A stretch of 64,000 nt of DNA, from positions 214,892,001 through 214,956,000 of the forward strand of contig OZ024740.1 in NCBI GenBank assembly GCA_964016885.1, given 5' to 3'. The translations under genes were made by a program, and so were the position numbers. Source of the stretch: Eledone cirrhosa (taxonomy: Eukaryota). Of this stretch, positions 29,958 through 41,274 are shown piece by piece (the stretch's first letter is position 1; each line of letters begins with the position of its first letter). The notes below the pieces were generated by a model that had not been told where the DNA came from, did no database searches, and worked only from the letters and a program-made list of their open reading frames with translations.

Positions 29958-30208
29958 GAAATAGCTACAACTATTCAGATATAAATGAAATAGCTACAAC
30001 TATTCAGGTATATCTAAGTAGCTACAACTATTCAGATATATCTGAGTAGCTACTATTTAGATATAAAGGAAATAGCTACAACTATTCAAATATAAATGAA
30101 ATAGCTACTATTCAGATATATCTGAAATAGCTACTATTCAGATATAAATGAAATAGGTACTACTATTCAGATATAAATGAAATAGGTACTACTATTCAGC
30201 TATAAATG
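29958..30208. repeat. Tandem repeat of about 27-30 bp
   Basis: GAAATAGCTAC(AA)CTATTCAGATATAAAT repeated about 8 times. Confidence 0.9.
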
Positions 30209-31093
30209 TACATTTTGCATGCATTTATATCAGAATTATTGCAGTCATTTTAGAATAGCAATTTGGCTTTGAAATAAAAAAAAAAAAATTTTCCTTAACC
30301 TGCAAAAATGAAATTTAAAAAAAACCAACTAAACCAAGCTGGTTGATGAGATCACAAGACTAAATTAGTGTCACATTAGTGAACACTCAATTTAAGAGAA
30401 AAATATAACACTTTAAATAAATTTTACCAAATTCAAAATAAAAATGTTTAGTCATCTAAGTATAGTACATATGGAGTTAATATATAGTTAGTTTCAAAAA
30501 TTTTTAAACAGTTACTATTTAATTAATAAAATAAAATAAAGATAAACAGGGATTTCAAAAAGTTATTTAATCAAAGATCCTTCTTTATTTTTGCACCAAA
30601 AATATTATTTATATATATATATATTACTGCTTTTTCCTATAAACAAGAAACAAATTAGTTGAAATTGCTTTTTAATATTTAAATTATTTTATTGGAAAAC
30701 TTTCTTTGACAACTAAGTTTTATTTATATTATAACATTAATAATTATCTTTTTCCCCTCACAATGTTAGATTATCTTAGACACCAATAGTTAAATAAACA
30801 AAAATAGTATTAAATATAAACAAAGATTTTTCATATGAGAATGGAGAAAAGTTAAATTATTTTTTAAGTGTAGAGGCCACCATACATGTTGAATATTTCA
30901 ATATAATCATGATACCTTTTTTTTTGGCTAATAATAGAATAAGAATTTATTGTAATGTCAGCCATTATTTCACAGACAAAAGATAAGTTTTTTTTTAAAT
31001 TAATATTTCATGATTTTTCTTTTTAATTTGTGCTAACAACTTTATCTATTTGTAAAGTAGAAGATAAAGAGGCCATTCTGGGAATAACATAGG

Positions 31094-31223
31094 CTACTTC
31101 TTACGCATGAAGATATTAGGAATGTGAGCCTTTGATGTTGTATCTTTGATTTTGCTCATTACTCTTGCTCTGACATCCTCAGCATTTCCACTCGGGATTG
31201 GAGATACTGATTGACTAGGGCTC
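31094..31223 (-). CDS. RELCH: RELCH terminal coding exon including the stop codon
   Basis: Acceptor tctttttcttcttttag|G after a phase-2 intron. Encodes (R)SPSQSVSPIPSGNAEDVRARVMSKIKDTTSKAHIPNIFMRKK*, resembling the recalled vertebrate C-terminus EDTKTKFLNKM..NVFQRKK. TAG is at 31096-31094. Confidence 0.9.
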
Positions 31224-31669
31224 CTAAAAGAAGAAAAAGAAAATTACATGTACATATATACATTATATATATATATATATATATCGCTGCTCTATGAAAC
31301 AATTTATTCAATATACAAAATCTCACAATGTCATGAAAGGCCATGGGTTGGGGTCTCAATATGTAAACTAAATGACTAATTTTGGTTTAAAAAAAAAAAA
31401 TCGAGACAACCTTAAAAAAATTATCGATTTTCCAACACCCCTGACTTATTTAGGACCCAAGAATACATCTTTGCTTAACATTAGAAAATCCAAATGTCTA
31501 AAGTAGTAACAGAAATCTTTAGACATTCATTAGACTTAAATATTTAAAGCCAATAGAATCTTTCAATAGACTGCTCTGTGTTTCTATAGGTTTACTAATA
31601 ATAATTTTACAGTGCTAATACACAATTTGGTCAGAATATTGATAAAACAGAATTGAAATAAATTTAAAT

Positions 31670-32012
31670 CTGACGGAATTACTCTCTTCTCTTGCAAAGG
31701 AGGTAAATCCTTCATCTGAGATGTGACATGCTGTGACACATTCTCTGCCTCCAGTTTAGTCACCTTGGCCACAAAATTCTGTAATGCAGAGGACAGGAAG
31801 ACAAGCAAATACCGGAGCTTGTCTAGCCACTTCCTCTTTGCACCAGTCACCGCTGTGACATCAGACATCCTCGGACCCCAGCCAGTTGACCTTCTCCATA
31901 AAACTGGATCAATAGCAGCCTGTCTGAGGAAGGAGCTCTGCAAGGTGGGGTGGCTGTTGTAGCAGGTGTCAGTGGCCATTGTCCACAGAAATGCCTTTGC
32001 CATTTTGTCCAT
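31670..32012 (+). mobile_element. CRE-clade non-LTR retrotransposon remnant (restriction-like endonuclease domain)
   Basis: SDGITLFS.KGGKSFI*DVTCCDTF...AEDRKTSKYRSL..FLFAPV..GP...WLL*QVSVAIVHRNAFAIL matches the CRE pattern PDG..GK...WD.TC.DT..AE..K..KY..RGNA. It contains stop codons. Confidence 0.75.
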
Positions 32013-33777
32013 GGGGCACAGCTGACCTGTCTGTCACCCTCTCCTTTTCTTCTTTTGTCTAGTATTTCTAACTCAGTTCCTCTTTTTCCTCCCATTTATG
32101 GCATTTATAGTCCTTTCGAATGTGACTTTCCTTAACCAATTTATAGTTATATTAATTACTGTAAACTAGAAACGAAATATCTTATTGATTGCTCACATTA
32201 CGTTTTAAAAATCTGAAACAAAATTACTGAAGAAAAAAACAATTTTCAAAAAGGCTGAAACATTCTCCATTGAAATATAAAACTGATAAATTCCCGACAG
32301 AACATCTAAATAAAGATATTTTACATAAGAAGAAAGAATAAAGGAAAGGGAAATTAACTGTAACTGGTACTGGTGCAACAAATAGGAATGATGCCACATA
32401 CAGCATCCAGTGCACTCTGTAAAGTGGTCATGATGGTAACACAATGAACAGTACCCAGTTCATCCTGTAAGGTGGTTGTGCTGGTAACAAAATGAAAAGT
32501 ACCTAGTTCACCCTGTAAAGTGGTCATGCTGGTGACATGATAAAATGCACCCAGTACACACATTAACATGTTAGGAAGGGCATCAAGCCGTAGACAGCAA
32601 GCCAAAATACAGATCTGTATAAGAAAGATATGGTCTCCTGACCTGACTTGTCTCATAATGTGACAACCCATCTAACCCATGCAAGTGTGTAAAATGGAGG
32701 ATGATATAATGAACCAAAATATGCTAAAAATATTAACATATCTGTATTGATCATTTACTTTCCAGTACTAAATCTACTGATGCCCTTATAAGGAAATACT
32801 TGCATGACTATGAATATGTTTACAAAAGTTATTTCGAGTAATGTTGTATAAAAACTAGATAAAAACCAATAGAAAAATCAAACTAGAACAAGATAACTAA
32901 TTGAAAGTATTCTAACATACATAAAATATTGAACATTCATCAATATTTAAATTCAGAGTGATAGATAATCAATTTCTTCCTTTTATGTAATCAATGAGTA
33001 AGCAGGCTCTTTTGACTTGAAGGAGACATGAGAGTTGGAGTCCTTTCCAACAGTAATAGTGACATAAATGAAGTATAGTTTTTTCAATTGTTAATCAAAA
33101 CCATGTTTAATAATATATGACAAAAGTATTTATCTTAAAACGTTGAACAAACATAATACAAGCACTATTGAGTATCTGTCATCAAAAGAAAAGGCAGAAG
33201 TATTAGGGATATCTAGATTTAGTGAAAGTAAGTAAATAAATTCTGCTGTGTAAAGACAAAAATTTAACAATGGAACTTTATTCCTGCCAACAAAATGGTA
33301 CATCATCATTCATCGATTTTCTCCACCATATCCAAAATAATATTATGGTTTTAGTAAGCAGACTGTCTCTAACTGATAAGCTTTAGTTCCTATCATGTCA
33401 TGTCTTCTTGTTCATATTTCCAACATATACTATAATGCTTACTGATCTGTAAAACATGTTAGCTTCATTTTAGCCCCAGAGATCATGCTACACATATTGT
33501 TCCACTTCCCATTAAATCTATATTTTATCTTCAACAAAACTCATTCAACTAAACGCTCTTTTACTTACAGATGGCTTCCTGCCAAAACTAAGATCACAAA
33601 TGTCCATTCAAATAGTACATTGACCATATTAAACCCAGCCAACTCTTAATGAAATAGTTCTCTCTGCTAGCATTCAGAGAAACATCTCCAAATACTCAGA
33701 AATTAGATTGCTACAAGGAAATATTCACATGAAATAAAGCTATGCAATTATAATTACACTGTTATTGTAACTGTGAC

Positions 33778-34108
33778 CATTAGGCTGAAAAGTTCATAGG
33801 TTGTTCATAGGAGTGATGCTAGAGCTGTGAAATCTCGTATGCATTAATTTTAACTCTTCTTATCAATAAATGCATTGTTTCCTTCCACGGACTATGTTAA
33901 AAAATAAACCTTATTTGGTCATTCCATGAGAGTATCTTGGTCAGCCTATGAAGCAGTGATACTAGAGCTGTGAAATCTAGCATGCATTAATTTCAACTCT
34001 TCTTATTAATAACTAGTTTCTTTTCAGGAACTATGTTGAAAACTAAACCTCATTTGGTCATTCTATGAGAGTATCTTGGTCGGACTATCAACTTTTTAGT
34101 CGACCTTT
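33778..34108. mobile_element. Mariner-type MITE, internally dimeric
   Basis: TIR core CTGAAAAGTTCATAGG with a degenerate inverse. Same family as the copies at 39920, 45155 and 54752. Confidence 0.75.
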
Positions 34109-34154
34109 GTACACTATTCTGGGCAATTTTACATTATTACAATTTTGTAATAAT

Positions 34155-34345
34155 TGTTTCTACTTTTGGCACAAGGCCATCAATTATCCCAGTGCATTAC
34201 TGGTACTTTATTTTATCGACCCCGTAAGGATGAAAGGCAAAGTTAACCTCGGCGGGATTTGAACTCAGATCGTAAAGGGCCGTAACTCTATACCACGAAG
34301 CACGGTGTTCGACACTCTACCGATAACTACCAATCCACCGCCTTA
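34155..34345 (-). mobile_element. tRNA-derived SINE (family A) with 17-bp TSD
   Basis: B-box GAGTTCAAATCC and central GCCTTTCATCCTTACGGGGTCGATAAAAT. TSD TACAATTTTGTAATAAT. An older copy follows at 34363-34580. Confidence 0.88.
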
Positions 34346-34761
34346 TACAATTTTGTAATAATGGTTTCTTATATAGGCCCAAAACCAACAATTTTGAGGA
34401 GATGGGAATGTCAAATAAATCGACTCCAATGTATTACTGGTGATTTATTTTATCAATCTCATAAGGATGACAGGCAAAGTAAACCTCTGCGGGATTTTAA
34501 CTCAGAACATAAAGGGATGTAACTCTACATTGCAAAGCATGTTGCCTGACGCTCTACCGATACTGCCAATCCAGCACTCTAACTAATTTTGTAATAATAA
34601 TAATATATTATCAAACCTCAAAGTCTTCCAATAGAAATCTACAAGTGAATCCTTAATAACATTACTTCATTCTATTCCTTAAAATTAGTTGTCCAATTCT
34701 ACAGACGAATATAACACACAGAAATTATGAAACTGTGATAATATAATGAGACAGGACTTAC

Positions 34762-34915
34762 CTTTCTAAAGATTTTGATGCATCTAACTTAGCTTCATAT
34801 TCTTTGATCATAGAACTCATCACCTCCTCTCTCTCTGGAGCAAGTTGTGATAAGTCTTGGCGAAGGTACCGTAACCCAGGGAGCATGGCTTCCTGCACCA
34901 ACTGATCGGTGATGA
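34762..34915 (-). CDS. RELCH: RELCH penultimate coding exon
   Basis: Acceptor ccaactag|TC and donor AG|GTAAGT. The 154 nt encode (F)ITDQLVQEAMLPGLRYLRQDLSQLAPEREEVMSSMIKEYEAKLDASKSLE(R), resembling recalled RELCH FISEDLMVNHFLPGLRCLRTDMEHLSPEHEVILSSMIKE. In frame with both neighbouring exons. Confidence 0.93.
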
Positions 34916-34971
34916 CTAGTTGGGAGCAGTCAAGGATTTAACAATCATTATTCAGGGACAGTATTATTTTA

Positions 34972-36128
34972 TTGTTTTCACTGATTTTAGACTGGAGTAA
35001 TACATTCAAGAGGTTTAGTCTACCATATCAACTCCAGTGCCCAGTTTTTACACTGGTTTTAGACTGGAGTAATACCTTCAAGAGGTTTAGTCTACCATAT
35101 CAACTCCAGTGTCCAGTTTTTACACTGGTTTTAGACTGGAGTAATACCTTCAAGAGGTTTAGTCTACCATATCAACTCCAGTGCCTAGTTTTTACACTGG
35201 TTTTAGACTGGAGTAATACCTTCAAGAGGTTTAGTCTACCATATCAACTCCAGTGTCCAGTTTTTACACTGGTTTTAGACTGGAGTAATACCTTCAAGAG
35301 GTTTAGTCTATCATATCAACTCCAGTGCCCAGTTTTTACACTGGTTTTAGACTGGAGTAATACCTTCAAGAGGTTTAGTCTACCATATCAACTCCAGTGC
35401 CTAGTTTTTACACTGGTTTTAGACTGGAGTAATACCTTCAAGAGGTTTAGTCTACCATATCAACTCCAGTGCCCAGTTTTTACACTGGTTTTAGACTGGA
35501 GTAATACCTTCAAGAGGTTTAGTCTATCATATCAACTCCAGTGTCCAGTTTTTACACTGGTTTTAGACTGGAGTAATACCTTCAAGAGGTTTAGTCTACC
35601 ATATCAACTCCAGTGCCCAGTTTTTACACTGGTTTTAGACTGGAGTAATACCTTCAAGAGGTTTAGTCTACCATATCAACTCCAGTGCCCAGTTTTTACA
35701 CTGGTTTTAGACTGGAGTAATACCTTCAAGAGGTTTAGTCTATCATATCAACTCCAGTGCCCAGTTTTTACACTGGTTTTAGACTGGAGTAATACCTTCA
35801 AGAGGTTTAGTCTATCATATCAACTCCAGTGCCCAGTTTTTACACTGGTTTTAGACTGGAGTAATACCTTCAAGAGGTTTAGTCTACCATATCAACTCCA
35901 GTGTCCAGTTTTTACACTGGTTTTAGACTGGAGTAATACCTTCAAGAGGTTTAGTCTACCATATCAACTCCAGTGTCCAGTTTTTACACTGGTTTTAGAC
36001 TGGAGTAATACCTTCAAGAGGTTTAGTCTACCATATCAACTCCAGTGCCCAGTTTTTACACTGGTTTTAGACTGGAGTAATACCTTCAAGAGGTTTAGTC
36101 TACCATATCAACTCCAGTGCCCAGTTTT
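34972..36128. repeat. 69-bp minisatellite, about 17 copies, inside the U12 intron
   Basis: Unit CCAGTTTTTACACTGGTTTTAGACTGGAGTAATACCTTCAAGAGGTTTAGTCTACCATATCAACTCCAGTG(C/T). Confidence 0.97.
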
Positions 36129-36384
36129 ATTTTTTCAAGTCTGATACTTATTATATAAATCAACTAAGCTATAGGACATAAACATAAATGCAGACATAGC
36201 TAAATGAACACACACACACACACACACTCTGGACAACATTGGTGGCTTGGAAAAGAAATATTGCAAAGCATGCATGCTCAGTAGTCTTCTACAAGAACAC
36301 TATGCCTCAAGTTGCAGCTTGGAGAGGAACTTTCCAGGTACAAACCACACCCTTGTGACTGTTTACTTTGTAGAATTGTTATTA

Positions 36385-36427
<43 letters not shown>

Positions 36428-37378
36428 TAGGCTTTTATATTTATATGTGAGCTGATAGAGTACAGTCTAAGGATTTACAGAAACCCATGAAGCTAGATTT
36501 AACACCTGTCTAGTGGGTCCGGGTATGATTTTTACATTCATTTAAATTATTGACGTATTGTTTTATTGATATTTTTTATCTGTTTGTCCCGAATCTTCCT
36601 CTATCGATTTTAAATCGTATGGTTGATTGTAGACTTGTTCTATATGTGACGGTATTTTAACGATAGTTATAGCTCTGATTCATCTGAATTATTGAGCCCT
36701 CTGCCGCTCATGTCGAATTTCGTTTATCGTGAACTTGTGCGCCGATTTTTCGATACTCGATCTTTCTAATATTTTTAGCTCTGGACATAGCTATCCACCA
36801 GTTAATTTTATTGCTCATTTTTTGTCGATTCTATTGAGTGATGAATAGCTTTTGTTTTATTATAACATGTCTATTGAGCACTCTAATTCGATATGTGTAT
36901 TTCCACATTCACTCGAATTGTTTTCGCGGATATAGGGGTCATCTCCCTTGTCTAATGCCATGTGCGTTTTTCACTGGTAGTTGGCTCCTCTGCCGCCAGG
37001 AAAAAACTCGTTGAGAAAGTAAACCTCCGTTCCGCTTGCTCTAGTAGGCTTTTATATTTATATGTGAGCTGATAGAGTACAGTCTAAGGATTTACAGAAA
37101 CCCATGAAGCTAGATTTAACACCTGTCTAGTGGGTCCGGGTATGATTTTACATTCATTTAAATTATTGACGTATTGTTTTATTGATATTTTTTATCTGTT
37201 TGTCCCGAATCTTCCTCTATCGATTTTAAATCGTATGGTTGATTGTAGACTTGTTCTATATGTGACGGTATTTTAACGATAGTTATAGCTCTGATTCATC
37301 TGAATTATTGAGCCCTCTGCCGCTCATGTCGAATTTCGTTTATCGTGAACTTGTGCGCCGATTTTTCGATACTCGATC

Positions 37379-37389
<11 letters not shown>
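36428..37389. mobile_element. 617-bp unit plus a partial tandem copy inserted in (TA)n; resembles a Penelope pseudo-LTR arrangement
   Basis: 36428-36772 is repeated at 37045-37389. The segment is CpG-rich relative to its flanks and has (TA)n on both sides. Confidence 0.55.
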
Positions 37390-37422
<33 letters not shown>

Positions 37423-37559
37423 AGGGTTTCATACAAATAGAGTTGTATGTAGTCTTCTGAGTAGTTTATGTAATAAATCTCATATTTTGAGGTGTAATAA
37501 CCTCTTCACCTATCTTTATTTGTTTATTCTAAATTATATATCATCATCATCATCATCAT

Positions 37560-37890
37560 CATTTCATTTTACGTCTGTTTTTTCCCTGCTTGCAAGGGTG
37601 GGACGGGAACTGATTCTGGCTTGATTTCTACAGCTGGATGCCCTTCCTAACACCAACCTTATTTACAGTGAGTGCTGGGTGGTTTTTTGCCGTGGCACCT
37701 CCACGACCACTTTGCAGTGGAATGATATGGACCTCAGTCCCTATCATCTCATTTCTACAGCTGAGTAAACTGGAGCAATGTGAAATAAAGTGTCTTGCTC
37801 AAGGAAACAACACATCACCCAGTCTGAGAATTGAACTCACAACCTTTTGATTGCAAGGCCAATGCTTTAACCACTAAGCCATGTGCCGCC
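37560..37890 (-). mobile_element. Full-length tRNA-CORE SINE (family B); near-identical copies at 58270-58610 and 59370-59705
   Basis: Head GGCACATGGCTTAGTGGTT..GAGTTCAATTC, CORE-like CCTTGAGCAAGACACTTTATTTCAC, and an RTE-like 3' tail ending in (ATG)n/(AATG)n. Confidence 0.88.
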
Positions 37891-38092
37891 ATATAATGTC
37901 TAATATAGAAATGGCTTCTACAGGACTGGAACTGTTTCATTCGAAGGAAATCATCAGGAAAGGCTTTCCTGATGATTTCCTTTGAATGAAACAGTTCTAG
38001 TCCAGTAGAAGCCATTTCTATATTAAACATTGTATATACTCTATGTATTGAGTACCTTATTTACTGTGGTTAGCCCCGATTTAACCCAGGAT
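37891..38092. mobile_element. Palindromic Penelope-like end with a hammerhead-like core; second copy at 63003-63152
   Basis: Inverted arms of about 70 bp centred near 37963. Each arm contains CTGATGA-hairpin-GAAAC. Confidence 0.55.
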
Positions 38093-38756
38093 ACACACAC
38101 ATATATGTGTGCGTGTGTATATATATAGGAAGAAAGAGGGGTTAGCTAATAGATAGATCAGGCATGGGCAACCTTTTCTGTGTAGTAAGCCACATAAGAT
38201 ATGGATCATCATATGATGGGAAGCACTACTAAAAACTTCATAGAAAATAATCAAGAATTTGGAGTGATTTAGTAATATAATTAACTCTCTTATTATTAAG
38301 CTGCTCTTTAACAAAGGTTCTTAGATAAAATTATGATGGACAATTCTAGATAAAAATAAACATTTTTAAATAAAGAATTTTGTATCAAAGAACCAGGGCC
38401 AGTTTCAGACAATTTAGTATCAAAAGGGTTAAAACAGTAATAACAACAATAACAACAACATTTCTGCATACAACAATTTATGTTCTAAATACTGTATAGT
38501 TCTACACTATAAATGTGGTTGGAGTTAGGAAAAAAACAGCCAAAATACAGTTCTGTTTAAGCAAGGTATGGTGCAGCCAACTGGCCAGACTTGCCTCATG
38601 ATGTGGATGACCTATCTAACCCATGCAAGCATGGAAAATAAGATGTTAAATGATGATGATGAATGATGATGATGATGATGATGATTATGATGATAGTATG
38701 ACAAATTACTTTTCTGAAAATAAATGGTAATAAGAAATGGTCAATCAAAAGGATAC

Positions 38757-38873
38757 AGCAACAAGACATGGCGCTGTAGGCTTCAAAGAGTTGCAGAGCA
38801 ACATCAGTCTTTTTGATTTCGCTAGTTACACTGTTATTTGCTAGAGACATTGCAGCCAAACGTGGGAGGACAA
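38757..38873 (-). CDS. RELCH: RELCH/KIAA1468 (RAB11-binding LisH/coiled-coil/HEAT protein), third-last coding exon
   Basis: Acceptor ttcatttcag|TT and donor T|GTATCCTTTT. The 117 nt encode (x)VLPRLAAMSLANNSVTSEIKKTDVALQLFEAYSAMSCC, which resembles the vertebrate RELCH segment as I recall it (..IPHLHKLALVNN..RLDIATHLFEAYSALSCC). Phase 1 at both ends. Confidence 0.92.
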
Positions 38874-39279
38874 CTGAAATGAATGTAAAAATAGAAAAAA
38901 AGTAGACATAGATGTTTTAATTTAAAATATACTTCACATTGAATTACATAATAAGATAACATATATGAAATATTCCAATTCACACATATATATATATTAC
39001 TAAAATAAATAAAGATGGCATGTCTGAGATAATTATAGACATACACCATATAACCTGCAAAGGGAATTAAAAGAAGAAAAAAATTCTGAGCACTTGTTAT
39101 TAATTTGAAAACAAATTACACATATATGACCATATCTTTTGGATTTATATATATATAAATTCTATATATTACTATATATATATATATATTTATATAGTAA
39201 TAATAATAAATGTGAAGACTAAAATCCAAAGAGGGCTCTATAAGGATAAATATATATCATATCAGAACCAAAGAGCAAA

Positions 39280-39426
39280 TATTTATTAAAATAACAGATT
39301 AAAGTTTAAGCAAAGAATCACTGCTTTCACCCTTAACGGGATCTTCTGAAACAGTTTCAGAAGATGCCATTAAGGGTGAAAGCAGCGATTCTTTGCTTAA
39401 ACTTTAATCTGTTATTTTAATAAATT
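39280..39426. repeat. Near-perfect palindrome of about 145 bp next to (TA)n
   Basis: ATTTATTAAAATAACAGATTAAAGTTTAAGCAAAGAATC...GAAAC A GTTTC...GATTCTTTGCTTAAACTTTAATCTGTTATTTTAATAAAT. Confidence 0.92.
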
Positions 39427-39435
39427 AATAAATAT

Positions 39436-39469
<34 letters not shown>

Positions 39470-39919
39470 GTTAGAGAGACTGTAAGAAGTACTAGATACT
39501 TTCCCCTAGTCTGCCATGGCTTACTAGCTCTCTACGGACCTTTAAATTGATTACATAAATAAATAAATAATTGAATAACTCTTAACATCCTATAATAATT
39601 TAGCAGAAAATATCTAAAAAAGTGGGTTTATTAATTCAAATGTTTATAATACTAAACAACAGGTCATTGTGAAAATTTGAAGTAGAGATTTCATTTTCTA
39701 ACATGATGCAGTCATAGTGCTGTTTTGAAATTTGTAATTCTTGTAAAGTACAAAACAGCACTCAGTAATGTAGTTCCCAGTGGTAAAGGATGTTAGGAGT
39801 TAAATAAGATTATTTTATCTACATTAATATATTGTTGGTTCATATATTATGGTGAGCAAAAACTGAAAAGAAATTTCTCAGTTTCCACATGTACAAAATT
39901 TACTTCAAATTGCCACTTA

Positions 39920-40258
39920 GGAGGGTCAGTTGAAAGTTCATAGGTTGACTACGAAGGAGTGATGCTAGAGCTGTGAAATATTGCTTGCATTAATTTCAAC
40001 TCTTATTCATAACTGAATTGTTTCTTTACAGATACTACGTTGAAATATAAATCTCATTTGGTCATTCCATGAGAGTATCTTTGTCAGCCTATGAAGGAAC
40101 GATGCTAGCGCTGTGAAATCTTGCATGCATTAATTTCAACTCTTCTTACTAATAACTGCATTGTTTCTTTCCAGGCACTATGTTGAAATATAAACCTCAT
40201 TTGGTCATTCCATGAGAGTATCTTCGTCAGCCTATGAATTTTTCATCCAACACTCATA
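39920..40258. mobile_element. Mariner-type MITE, dimeric
   Basis: TIRs GAGGGTCAGTTGAAAGTTCATAGG and CCTATGAATTTTTCATCCAACACTC, with an internal duplication of about 145 bp. Confidence 0.8.
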
Positions 40259-41228
40259 TTACTGGAGAAAACACCTATACTATAGAAAATATTTTCAAAA
40301 TGAAAATATTTTCAAAATGAAATTATTTTTCAAAAAATGATGTCAAGTCCTGGAATAGAAAGTATTTAGATAGTATTTTGGACGGTGGGAAGGAGGGAAG
40401 GGGTATTTTAAAATAAAATATATGTCACAAAACATTATTGACCCACATCTTATAGAAACAAGGACATTGAAAAGGACATCCTGATGTAGAAACCATGCCA
40501 TGACTTGGAACATATGAAAAAGACGGGAGGGAGGGGGTGTAGTTGTCTGACCCCATCGGGTGATGACCCATCAAACCCATGCCAGCATATATTATTATGG
40601 AGGTGGTGGTGGGAGGCTCATTATGATGGTGGGGAGGAGGAAGGATGAGGAAGAGAAGGTGAGAAAGCAGAAGGGGTTAGGAAGAGGAGGTGGAGAAGAG
40701 GAGGTGAGAAAGTGGAGGAAATGAGGAAAATGAGGTGGTCGTGGAGGGGCAAGGGGATGGGGAAATGATGATGAGGGGGAGGAGGAGTATGAGTGGAGGG
40801 GAGAGGGTGGTGGAGGTGGAGGAGGGGGATTGCTTTCACTAGAGAGCCTATTGTTGATGACAACTAGATAGCAGATGTCACAAATTAATACACATATGAA
40901 CATGTGTGAGTGTGTATGTATGTGTGTGTGTGTGTGTATGTGTATGTGTGTGTGTGTGAGAGAGAGCGAGAGTAAATGTATAACTACACATCCAAGATAG
41001 TTATGTGTTTCTGTGGCAGAGAAAGACTCTATCATTGTATAGTGAATAAAAGAGACATCAAATACATATGTATAACTATGTATAACTATTACAGTTAGAA
41101 CGTGTGTGGGCGGGGGGTGGGGGCGCTCTGAGTGGGTGTGAGCGTGGGTGTGAGTGAGTGTGGGGGTGTGGGACAGAGAGAGAAAGAGCCTATCAATGTA
41201 TAGTGAATAAAAGAGACATCAAATACAT

Positions 41229-41274
<46 letters not shown>

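Larger units (their letters stand above)
31224..34761 (-). other. U2-type last intron of RELCH
   Basis: GTAAGT donor, and a polypyrimidine tract plus TAG acceptor. Confidence 0.88.
34916..38756 (-). other. U12-type (minor spliceosome) GT-AG intron of RELCH, 3841 nt
   Basis: 5' splice site GTATCCTTTT at 38756-38747. Branch point TCCTTGAC at 34936-34929, with 13 nt between it and the exon. No long polypyrimidine tract. Confidence 0.9.

Noticed and set aside
31159-31359. ORF ending GALVNQYLQSRVEMLRMSEQE* as the terminal exon
   Set aside because: Wrong frame. The phase-2 intron gives the frame ending NIFMRKK*, which resembles the RELCH C-terminus.
32128-32146. Plus-strand TTCCTTAAC..AG resembling a U12 acceptor
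   Set aside because: No convincing exon follows and there is no plus-strand gene, so it is probably chance.
34972-36144. 390-aa ORF of 23-aa repeats, or a CRISPR-like array
   Set aside because: The unit length is divisible by 3, the units are near-identical with no unique spacers, there are no cas genes, and it is antisense within an intron.
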